Origin: Marsupella aquatica
Lineage: Eukaryota; Plantae; Marchantiophyta
Length of the DNA: 64,000 bases
Direction of reading: 5' to 3'
Assembly: GCA_973895155.1 (NCBI GenBank)
Contig: OZ316896.1
Location: 1,364,001-1,428,000 of the forward strand
Shown: positions 26,160 to 37,513 of the stretch, piece after piece
How positions within the stretch are numbered: position 1 is the first letter of the stretch
Layout: each line of letters opens with the position of its first letter
The notes under the pieces: generated by a model
The model's input: only the letters and a program-made list of their open reading frames with translations
Told to the model about the DNA's origin: nothing
Database searches by the model: none
Program-made: the position numbers and the translations under genes

Positions 26160-26585
26160 ATGGATTCCACCAAACAGTCTGGTGTTCAGCTATATGCAAC
26201 CCTGGATGAGGTAGAGGGGCAGGGTGAAGCGGAGGGGATTGGGTGTACTTAGCGAACCCACCTCCTCCCTCCTTTGCCAAATGATGTAGTCCTCACCCAT
26301 ATTTGGCCTAGATTGTCAGTACCCTGCGAGGCACAGGACATAATGTCCGTTAGATGCATTAACACAGGCTGGAGACATGTGGTTGACTCATCAGATTATT
26401 AGAGGGCATTGGGGCCTGTACTATCAGGACCTGGTCTGCGTCCTAAATGGTGGCTTGCAGGATGGAGTTTAGATGTGATGTTGGAATTAGGGGTTGGGTA
26501 CCTTAGGCAAGATGACCATGTCATTGAACAAATCTTGCGCATTACCAATGATGAATGGAGTCACAATTTTGGCCCTGCTTTGTAG
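26160..26585 (+). pseudogene. Small F-box protein ORF (~141 aa) with two in-frame TAG stops, MULE cargo
   Basis: Read-through translation gives LLPPLPNDVVLTHIWPRL...IMSVRCINTGWRHVVDSSDY*RAL, matching the F-box consensus LP.E...I..RL...RCV.K.WR. Confidence 0.65.
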
Positions 26586-26816
26586 ACAGGTTTTAGTTCA
26601 CTTTTTTATTTATTATTGTAAGAACCTTACACTTATCATTATAGTACATTGTCATTTCCATCATGGATATTTTAATCCAAGTTGTTTTTGAAGGGCCCAT
26701 TGTAACTGCCCCTTGTTATGCACTCATATTCATTTACAAGTTGCATGTTCATGGACATAATAAGCCCATAAGGCACCCACTGAGCATGGTTGGTTTTGTA
26801 CATGATGCACTGTAGG

Positions 26817-27851
26817 ATGCCAAAACCTTGTCACAATCGCACTCGCATGATTGGCGTCCAGACATTGGATTCCATACTGGCTCATGGCCAAGACCTGCCG
26901 TATGGTGCACAGATTCAAGCACACGTCCGAACCAGATTGACTCACATCCTCCCTGTGCTAGGGTGTTTCACCTATTTGGGTTGCGGACAGAAGGTCCGTA
27001 ACTCAAGTAAGTTGTGCAAAAGATCTACGGCTCCATCACGATCATTGGACCTACATGGTGGCCAGAACCCCTCAAGTCACGATGGTCCATGTGACAACCA
27101 AAACACGGCAACTTGGTTCTGGCGGTTTCGGGTGGTCCTTATAGATGATGTACAGACCGTGGAGTGTGCAGTGACTGTGGGATGTTGGCAGTGACATCCT
27201 GAGGGTTGGACCCTCTTCATATAACGCTGTTGAGTTCTCTGTACTACCTTTTTTGGAGCAGCGGGACGTTCTTCGATCACGCATGCAGAACCTCCATGGC
27301 ACATACTTTATTTTTGACATAATATTTCAACGGCCTTCCGGGCAGTCGGGTGATCCAGCTTGGTACATTGTTGGCATGACCCTAACAAATGTATGCTCAT
27401 TTCATGCCACACCCTTGCCAATTCAAGACAGGTTGCCACTATGGGTTATGAATCTCACCCAACACCCACTTACTCCCCTGAGCACCACATCCGGTATGTT
27501 GGGGAGTGTGTTGCCGCTTCTTCATGCGAGGAGTATGGGAGTCCAGACTCACACAATATCATGAGACCAATCCCAGTCACATCCCCTGATTTGGAGTGTG
27601 AGGCTGATGATGGAGTAGATGGTTTGGATCATTCTTTGCATCGATTGGACATTGGAGTTGGTGGTCAATCTCCAACAAGTGATACATATGACTGCACTCA
27701 CCATAACCTACGCTCAGCATACCTGAGTCATCTAAGCAACTTGATTGAGAAGTGTGAGGACGAATTAGCAGCAAAGGAGGCAGAAGTTAGGCGATCAATA
27801 GACTATTTGGAAGAGTTGCGTTCTCAATACAACATGGTTAAGGATATGTAA
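26817..27851 (+). pseudogene. RPA70 C-terminal-like OB-fold protein with coiled-coil tail, frameshifted; MULE cargo
   Basis: FTYLGCGQKV...WRFRVVLIDD...ECAV, then (frameshift ~27175) WDVGSDILRV...LHGTYFIFDI...WYIVGM, resembling RPA1 DBD-C. A possible short GT-AG intron (27391-27431) joins in frame to a coiled-coil exon ending 27851. Confidence 0.5.
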
Positions 27852-28086
27852 CTGAAATCCATAAATTCCGGTAGTCCATATAGTCTGTAATTTTGGAATA
27901 CAAAGACAATAATCAACATTTGGGCACAAGTGAATCTTGTTCATGTAGCACCATATAGTCTTGTGCATGCTATGTCTGACCAACTCATGTAAAAAATCAC
28001 CCAAAACCCTAAACACTATACCCTACTTTGCTGTGTCTCCTCATGTACCATTGAGAAAAAGAAATTTTGGGTGCAGGCCGGGTATC

Positions 28087-30971
28087 TCAAATCATCCATT
28101 CAGCCTCAATCTTGTCCCTCTCCATGGTGTGGATGGAGCAAACCCTCAAAAAATCAGCAGACCTGTTCATGCGGACCTGTGCTCTTTGGTTCGGGACAAC
28201 ACATCCTCTACGATTATGGCCTGGTTTTCCACAAATACCACACTTTTGGTGTTGCTTGGCTGCAATGCGCTCTGAGGCAATGATGCGCTCAAACCTATAT
28301 ACAAACATTTCATAATTAGCATAGCTTGAATTTTTAACGTACATGAAGTTTATGAGCTTCATTTAGAACATAAATTACCTTGATTTCATTCGCTTCATTG
28401 ATGCAGACGCCTTCTTCTTGGATGCAACAACAAGAGGCTGAAGAGACTTTTCATCTTGCTGTAATCCATCTAATGAAATCGGGGGAAGACTGACTGTGTA
28501 AGCCAGTACCTGCAAACAAATTTTCCAAGTCAATGGAATGAATATCTCTGACATTGACAATGCAATTGAGATCAAGCGTGAACAAGTGGCTACTACCAAC
28601 TATCCCATACCCTACTAACCTGAGATTTGGCTTTCCAAATGTTGTCAATATATAATTTCTCATCCAATCCACGATTACGACAAAACTTCACTGCATGAAC
28701 ACATGGAAACCCCATCTCAACCCAATCTTTGCATTCACATTGTCTGGATTCCACATCTAGGGCCCATTGTCCTTGGGAATCACACATCAAAGCAGTTGTG
28801 GCTGATGATGGACGCTCATCCACCCCCCAGCTTTTGTGTACAATGTGTTCAGCATCCATGTTGCATGTTGAGTCAAGCTATTCTCACCTGCAGGCCAAGC
28901 TACAATATATGTACATTTGTACAAATTAATACTTATTGGCACAAAACTCGGCTGTCATGCAAGAATAAAATGTAAGTATTCAAAAGTTCAAATTCTTACT
29001 TGCTGCATCAACTGCTCTGCTGTAATGCTTGGTCATTGTGTAGTCCCACAGTTCCTTGCATATTAGCAATGCTGGCAATTTGCGAATAGGCTTAATTACT
29101 CCATTCAAAATCTCCACTACGTTTGAGGTAGTATGACCCCACCTACATACCAACATGTACAATAATGAAAACTCCAAAACAAAGAATATGATAGGGTTTA
29201 ATAACAAGCTGGAAATTGTGTAACTGGTGCTTTACCTTGGTACTGGAAAGGCATGACGTGAGTATAGTTTTGGGTCAATGGCTCGAATATATCTGATCCC
29301 AGCTTCCTGACGGTCGTTCAGTGGTTGGTACTCATCCAACATGCGATCAAATTCGGATTTGCGAACCTCACGGGCCAACTGATCAGTCAAAAGACATATG
29401 AGTGAAGTAACTATTAAACCAAGTCATACCAAGTGAATTTATGGTGGGCAAAAGATGACATTGCATGAAATTAATAAATGGGATCACATACCTTAAGAAA
29501 CCAGTCACCAAGTGCTTTGTCTGAGTTGGTTATTATATTTGCCCTAATATGTCGTGTGCAAAATGAGTGATGAATGTCACCCCAGATGGTTTGAACTGCT
29601 GGAATCAAGCCTTTATCACGGTCTGAAACAATGACAGTCTCCCTCTCCATCCTCATTCTAGGATAGGCTCGATCAAGATGAGCCATGAACCAAATCCAAT
29701 TTTCCTTCTTCTCAACCCCAACAACAGCCCATGCTAATAGCAAAATGTGATTGTTACAATCAAAGGTTGTAGCCAGCAATATAATCATGGGAAATTCGCC
29801 TCCTGTTGGAAGAGAGAGATATTAGTGATGCAACAGGTGCTTGCAGTGACAGTCAAGTAGAAATGAATTGAATGATATGGTATGAAATTTATCAAACCCT
29901 CTCGCTGGTTTTACCTATGTGTGTAGCATCCATCCCAACAAAAGGTCGTACATGAATGAAGGCATTTTGTGAAGATGTTGGTGCCATAAAAATTCTGCGA
30001 AATCGATTATCAGTTTCATATGTTTCATACAGTACGTGTGATCCAGGGTCGGTATGTTTCACTTTAGCCACATATGCTGGAATCATCTGGAAGGATGTGC
30101 CATGATCACCACCGAGCTTTCAGATGACTTTCCGCCGTGCTCGTTGTGCAGTCCACATAGTAGTATCAGCAGAATGGATATCACAAATGTGCCCTCTCAA
30201 GTCTTTATTGGATGTGTTTGGGTTAACCCAGATGCTCGACTATACCTTTTCCTCTACCCATCGTCTCTTATGAGCACCATGCCTCCACTTGTGCGACGAT
30301 TGTGAACAAGTGTGGATAAGGTAGCTTTTCTGTATGCAAACTCTGCCACTTTCTTTCATGTGCCTGACATAAAGTTCAGCTTTGCAAGAGTCTAAATCAT
30401 TCACATCAAACCCTCTGCACTTACCCATGAATCTGGTTTTATTCCTCGCTAATCTAGTGAAACTCCATCCTACTTTGGCCTCATATTCATCCAATGCTCT
30501 ATTAAATTCATTCCAAGTAACATACTGTTGCCCTTTGAGTAATTTCAGTTCGAGGTCAGATGGTCGATGATTGCTCACAAATCCTGCATGCCAATTCGCA
30601 GTCAGTCAACGTTAAAGGGAACTGAACCCAAAATAAATAAATATTGAGAAATGAATGAATTGGGGCACATGGTCTGTACCTGATTCAACTGGATCTAAGT
30701 CAGAGTGAAAGTCATCTTGGACAAGCTCACTGATATCAATATGTGGATTTTTCTCAGGGTTATCTCTCAATTCTGTATGGCCTTCAGAACATGATTTAGA
30801 ACCCAAGGTCCATTCAGTATAGTCATTGCCATCAAAAGTGGGCTCTGATTCTTCTTCGGTGTTGTTGTTGCTAGAATACCCAGAATCAGGGGTGTCATAG
30901 GATTGACATTCTAGCTCATGTTCGTCAGAAAATGGCCAAGATCCAGAACCAGAGATATGTTCAGGGTCCAT
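28087..30971 (-). pseudogene. MuDR-family DDE transposase (mudrA-like), multi-exon, with premature stops
   Basis: N-terminal Cys/His DNA-binding domain (GKC...CKAEL...HTC); catalytic GMDATH, VSDRDKGL, FCTRH and TTSNVVE; SWIM finger CECKDWVEMGFPCVH; knuckle CGICGKPGHNRRGC. In-frame stops at 30240-30242 (TAG) and 30120-30122 (TGA). The 5' start is uncertain. Confidence 0.92.
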
Positions 30972-32653
30972 GGTGTATGTCCCCCGCTTTAACTCCTGTG
31001 CATTATTCACAGTAGTTACAATCCTGGGAAATTGAACATCACGGATAACAAGTTTTGATTATGCATTCAATGTATGTAAGTTACATTTCGTATGTAGCTT
31101 GCAACGAATAGGATCACTGTTTTCAGCAACAAATGAAACATCTATAAAGTTTAAGTGTCCACTTGATGTCAAATCTTGCTTCACCCAAGAGTCGGACATG
31201 AATAGTCAATCAATTCTTGATGTTGATTCCAATATAACCTCCTTGCTGCCCTCGTTTGAGAACCCTCGTTTTGCAGCGCAGCCAGCCAGCTTCCGATTTT
31301 GCAGCGCAACGCAGTTTGCATAGCCTCAATCCCAGCACAACGTAGCCTGCCAACCTCAATCATGTTTCATAGTCATTCGCTGCGCAGCGCAGCCCGTGAA
31401 TCGAAGCCCCCTGAATCGCATCACAGCGCAACTGAGCTTTGCACAACCTCAATCTTGTTTTGCAGTGAAGCCAGACCCCCGATTAGCAGCGTAGCGCAGC
31501 GCAGTGTGCAAGCAAGCAAGCATAGCCTGAATCAAAGTGTGCAAGCAAGCAAGCATAGCCTGAATCAAAGTGCAGTGCACTTAGCCCCCCAAATCGCAGT
31601 GCAGCTAGCCCCAACCCTAAATTTTAGCGCAGCCAGTCTCCATGTCGTAGCGCAGGCAACCTTCATTTTTAAACACTTACCTTCTGGTTCTTGCTTACGA
31701 AGATGTAGGTTGAATCCAACATTCAATCTTACATTCTTACCTATATTTTCCTACATTCAATGTCGACGAGGGCATCTGCTTCCTTTGCCATATGCATGCT
31801 ATGATGCAAAGCTCTGGTTTTACTTCTCGTAGCAGAACCAGCTCAAAGCTCAACCCTAAACAGTACCGAGAGTTTGCGGGTTGCAAGAAGGATGGAAAAA
31901 CTTAGCACACACTACACCAACGTTAAGTCCTCCGGTCCCAGATTAAGTTCCGTTAATGAGAGACCGGTAATAGATTTTGCGTGTCAATGAAGGTAGTCGT
32001 GACACTGTAAATTCAGTGTGTCCATCCGGGTCGTCTCTGCAAACGTCTGTGTTGTCACACCATTCTGAGTAGTGTAGTAGTATATCGTGCTATTAGAGTA
32101 TGTACATTTGGTATGAGTGCTATTGGAGCCGATAAGGTTCCGTCAGGTTTGTGTGAGAGGGTACTTCTCACTTGTGGAGGCATTGAAAGGTCATCTTTCA
32201 ATGTTGAGCCTTGGAGAGAGAGGAGCTTGAGTGGCTATGGTGGCTGTGAGCTCCACTTGTGTAACGTGGATTCCTTGAGTAGTGCAAGGTGCGTTGGCTT
32301 GACATACGTGTGTGATCGGATCGGTGCGGGATTGATGGGGTATTGTTGACCGGGATCGTTGTGCCGATTGTATGGAGATTACATTGAAAGATCACATTCG
32401 AAATCTGTTGTACGGACTGTGTGGACAGAAGTTTGATTGATTGAGTTGTCAACGGTTCGTGGTAGCTCGGATCATGTGTTGTTATCGAACAGATCGTTGG
32501 TATCTTGACCTGTATCGTTGTTGTCCGATCGACCTGCTTCCCGATCGATGTACAGATCTGTGATTGGTGACAGGTTTTGAGTTGGAGGTTGATTGATGAT
32601 TCGTGGAGGAAAGCGAATGTTGAGTAGATGTTGGATAGTGGAAGTCGATCCGT

Positions 32654-32741
32654 GAGGCTTCAGATCCGATTGCCGGCTATTATGAGGCTTCAGATCTGAT
32701 TGTCGGCTACCGTGGGGCTTCAGATCTGATTGCCGGCTATT
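32654..32741. repeat. 3 x 30-bp repeat in the retroelement 5' non-coding region
   Basis: GAGGCTTCAGATC.GATTG.CGGCTA-like unit repeated at 30-bp spacing. Confidence 0.85.
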
Positions 32742-32979
32742 GTTGGACGATGTTGGCAAGGCGCAGGTGAAGCGATGGCTCTTTTCCTGAAGAAACGGAG
32801 CTGCCAATGCCCCATGCGACGGTATCATCGTTTCAGTGAAAGAAACGAGGGTCAAAGGTGTTGAATCAAGCTGCTGCCAATTCTGTGGAAGGGCTGCATT
32901 TTTCATGAAGGAAATCGACAGTTTTCGGGAGCTTTTCGTGAAGGAAGTAGTTGTTTTTGGGGTCAGGTGTGAGGCGCAC

Positions 32980-33160
32980 GAGGTCACCCATCCCGAAAGT
33001 GCTCCCAACCGCGAGCGTGAAGTCACCCATCGCAAGCGCAGGTAGGCGTGAGGTCAAGGTCACCCATCCCGGGGCTATTCCGGTCCGTGAGCGCAAGGGG
33101 AGGCACAAGGTCGAGCGCGAGGAGGTCACCCATCCCGGGGCTATTCCCGGCCGCGAGCGC
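32980..33160. repeat. GTCACCCATC motif repeats (4 copies) in the retroelement 5' region
   Basis: GGTCACCCATCCCG / GGGCTATTCC / CGCGAGCG blocks at ~32980, 33020, 33058 and 33122. Confidence 0.75.
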
Positions 33161-36100
33161 TTAACTGGCAAGTTCTCATCCCACCTTGTGTACACACAAG
33201 CTTTGACAACTTGTTGTTTAGATTCAAGCGCCAGGGGGCTTTATACACTTCCCGGTTTGTTTAGAGGCCTATTCTAGGCCAAATCAAAGGCTGTTCTAGG
33301 GTTTTTGATACTTTTGAGTCCATCTAGACTCACAGATTGAACCAATTTTGCCTTGGTTCTCATCTACAACATTGGAGTGCCATTGTGAAGCCTATTATGA
33401 AGGCTCTTCCTTGAATCTTATGCACATTGTCATATTGATTTGCATTTGCTTTTGTGTGGAGAGTTAAATGGTATCCATTCTTGTTTCTGGATCCTCTTCA
33501 CACATGTTTTCTGTTTATGCGCCATGTTAGTTTGGTGTGGGCGCTTGATTCCATAGGAGTGATCCGGGTTTGCAATTGGACATTCTAGTGTGCTGTGTAT
33601 TTCTCTCCTGGTGATGTTGGAGTGATGCCCAACACACCATGGTGAGTGCTTGTGGTGCTGACAGGGATAGATTGCCCTTAGGGTTAGCACATAGATTAGG
33701 TTAGGGTTGGTCACCATGGATTCTTCTGGTGCTGTTGGATTACCCGATGGACGATGGACCGGTTTCACTCGGAGTGGGGCACAGTTTCGGCCAGCGGTAT
33801 TGGTAGCAGTCAGCAGTGCAGCTTCAGATAGTGATTCCGACGAGGACTCAATGATCAGTTCTCCTCGTCATCAGGTGGTTGCACCCGTGTTGTGGGATAT
33901 GGACGAGATGTACGGGGCTACAAAGGGCCCACGACGATACTCTGGTGCAGTTGGCACAATTGATCTGGATGACTTCATCCAGGAGTTTGATACGTGGTGC
34001 GATATGCAGACATTGTGTAACGCCACGTTGTTTACCCCTTTCATGGCATGGAAGGGATTATTTCAGCATTTGGAGGGGCCACCCATGGATGACTATCATG
34101 AGTTTTGGAAGGCTCATTTGGTTGAGATTGAGGCATGGAGGCAGCATTGGTCATCTAATTACGTGTCCATCACCTATGGCACTAGTGCGGCTGCCCAACC
34201 CATTGCCACGGCTGCTGCCTCTTCTAGCAGCACTAGCCAGAGTGGCACACCATCCACCAACAGCACTCCAACAGCATCCACCGCTACTCCTGCCGGTGTG
34301 ATTGTGACAGGAACTGGAGTTGCACCAGCATTTAATCCTGTGGTGGAATTCTTTGATGTACTGAAGCAGAACTATCAGGGTGTGAGAACTGATAAGTTGA
34401 AGGGTCTCCAGGAGTTCCAGCGCAAAACTGGAGAGAGTCTACATGAGGCATACACTCGTATGCGCAGATTGATCACTATCACCAAGGGAGTGACAGAGGC
34501 TCAAGCAGTCCAGTTTTGGTATGCAATTTTGGATAGAGAATTGCGACGCAGAGTGAGAGATGTCACTCTGCTTAGGGATGCAGATCCCACATTAGTAGTT
34601 ATTTTCACCCTTTCTGAGCGCATTGAGCTCAATATGGTGAATGAGAAGGTGGTGATTTCTGGATTTGCCAAGGAAGCACCAAAGGCTGCATCTACATCCA
34701 CACCACAACCTACTGCACGGAAGAGCCAGAGGGAGAAGCCTACTGCACGAGAGTCTACCAGCCAGAGACCTGTGCCCTCTTATGCTGGACAACAGTCAGG
34801 ATGTTGGACCTGTGGTGGGGATCATGCATAGAGAGATTGCCCAGATCATAGAGGATCAGGGGGAGCATCAGCGCCTGATCAGCGACAGTGTGATCATTGT
34901 GGAGCTCCTGGACACACCAAGGATAGGTGTTTCTCACTCCACCCTGAGTTACGGAGGGGAGGATCCCGTACACATGATCAGGGAAGAGGAGGAGGAGGTA
35001 GAGGTGGTGGACGTGGTCGTGGCATGCCACATGCAGGGAGACAGGGAGGTGACGCTGCCCCTGCTGTAACCATAGATCCAAAGCATGCTAAGATTGCTCA
35101 ATTGGAGCAACAGCTAGCTGCCATGGCTAGTTCCCAGGTGAGACCTACTTCGGGTGATGGGGCATCTACATCCTATGGACCTTCCACATCCCATGGTCCT
35201 TCCACATCCTATGGAGCTGATGGAGATCTTGCCACCATGGGATTCATGTGTGGCACTGCACATATTGATGCATCAGCAGCTTTGACACGTGGGGCAGCCA
35301 AAGCTCTTGAGCCTCGAGGAGCAGTAGTGGAGTTAGATCCACAGAGGGGGGATGCACGTCGGTAGACAAAGCTTCCTTAGTCTTTTACATTGTCAGAGAC
35401 AGTTCAGACTGCCTCTATGAACCCGGTTCGGACAAACCCTGGCGTGGGTAAGTTGGCAGAATCCGGTAGTGATATAGTAGGGATGATAGGTACCCTACTG
35501 GGGGTGGCTACTGCCATAGTACGCACCCCAATATTTTCAGCGACAGACATGTTGAACTTGGGAGTTGGTCCTGCAAAAGTGTTCAGATTGGCAGCTACAC
35601 TCTGTGAGGACACTCCAGTTGTTGCTTCCCATGCAAAAGCAGCTTGTAGTGTTGAAGCAGTGAAGACCATACCACCTACTGCTACTAGTGAGACATGGCA
35701 TGCAGCAGCAGCGAGGTTGGTGGATTTACCAGCACGCCCTGCATTTGAGAGGACTAGGTTTAAACCTAGTGTTGTGTCATTGGATAATCGGAGTGGTATC
35801 TTCCGATTAGTTGGGCCTTCTGGAGCAATATACCAGTCAGAGAGAGTGTTACTGGATACTGGTGCTCAGCCCTTGATGTTGGGGAAGTCTGCCATACGTG
35901 GATTGGGATTGCGTCCAGAGGATTTGGAGGATTGTCCCTTTCCCATTCAGACTTCATTGGGGGGACCTACACCTACACAGCATATCACCAGGAGACCACT
36001 TGATTTGAGGATTCAGGAAGGTCATACCACAGATAGCTCACAGATACAGGCGCGAGCTATTCTGACTAAGGTAGAGTCATATGATGTGTTGGTGGGATGT

Positions 36101-36562
36101 ACAGTGCTCTACCCCATGGGATTTATTCTTGATTTTTGGGAGGAATCAGTGTCATATAGACCTGATTGGCAGTCAGGAGATGCTCGATTGAGCAAATTGC
36201 CAGTGAGATTTAGTGGACCTGTGGGAGGCCCTAAATCTACACTATTGTCTTTGGCAGCATTTAGTGGTGTAATTGCTGGACCTGATGATTTGATTGAGGG
36301 TAATGCGCATGCAGCCGATGTTCCACCATTGGAGGAGTCTCATGAGGAGCACATCATGCGAGGATTACCTATTGGCAGTGTTGTGCCACCAGTGTGGGGC
36401 ACTACACAGGCCTTGCCACAGGCAGCAGCACGATTGGTACATGATGCATGGCGTCATGCTTTTACACCACAGTCAGGAGCAGAGCAGTCTCTTGCAGATG
36501 GACTTGTGACTCTTTCACCATTGGATACCACTCCTATTGCTTGGCAATATCCACCGGAGGGT

Positions 36563-37513
36563 ATTTGTTTGTTGGATCTTTTTGGTGGGATTAGCACTGG
36601 ATTGGCTGCTGTTCTTCAGGCAGGAATTCCTGTGCGTCGTTATTTGTATGTGGAGACAGATGAGACAGCACGGAGGGTCTCATTGCGACATGTGGCTATG
36701 TTGGTGGATAGATATCCACAGTTGCTGCCAGTGGATGCTGTTCGTGGTTATCAGCATGCACTACCTGCTGATATTTCATTGTTGGGGGCGGATCATCTAC
36801 ATCGTGTTGGCCCCATTGATTTGGTGATTGCTGGTTGGCCATGTTAGGGCCAATCTAGAGCTGGCATTGGGCATGGACTTCATGATCCACGCTCTGCATT
36901 GTTTTGGGAGATGTTACGAGTGCTGCATCATCTCCAACTACATCAGACACAGTCTCCAGCATACATTTTGGAGAATGTGCCATTGTTAGGTGATGATCGT
37001 AGTCGGATTGTTGCCAGTGTTCACCAGGTGAGGTCTTGGATTGGACCTACTATGTTATTGGATGCTGCACGTGTGGGTTCTCGTGCACATCGTTCACGCT
37101 TGTGGTGGACTAATTTGATCCCATGTGAGGTGCTGAAGCGCGCATTTGACAGCATTCTATGCTCACCAGCCTTAGTGGTGGATGATATTTTGGATCCAGG
37201 GCGTCGTGCACAGGGTGTGACCCAACCTGATAGATCTCCATTGGCAATGGTCAATGCAGTTGGGTGCCCACGTTGTGCATTACCCACTCTTGTAAGCCAC
37301 TCTACTTCATATGCATTCAGAGCAGGTGGCCCTGGACTTGTGTGGGACACAGCTCTCCAGCAGTTACTGGAGCCTACTGCTGATGAGAGAGAGCGTGCTA
37401 TGAGATTTTTGACTGGCACCACTGTAGTTGCCTCTATGTCAAAGGGTTTGCGGCGCCAGGTTCTTGGTCAAGCAATGGACCTGAATTGTTTGACTTGGAT
37501 TATCAGCTTGGGA
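36563..37513 (+). other. C5 cytosine DNA methyltransferase domain (DNMT3-like) within pol
   Basis: Motif I LDLFGGISTG; II YLYVE; III ADI; IV GPIDLVIAGWPC*G; VI YILENV; VIII LDAARVGSRAHRSRLWWTNL; IX ERERAMRF; X RRQVLGQAM. Canonical motif order, in frame with protease and the start of RT. Confidence 0.93.

Noticed and set aside
32053-33663. 1.6-kb 5' LTR (TGTCACACCA...TGGTGCTGACA)
   Set aside because: The short inverted match exists, but there is no corresponding 3' copy and no PBS follows it, so it cannot be called an LTR.
33676-33710. TTAGGG telomere-like motifs before gag
   Set aside because: Only two to three scattered copies, not an array.
36563-37513. Host DNMT3/DRM gene or bacterial restriction-modification contamination
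   Set aside because: The domain is intronless, in frame within Gag-Pol and inside TSD-bounded element ends, flanked by spliced plant genes; motif order is not DRM-permuted.
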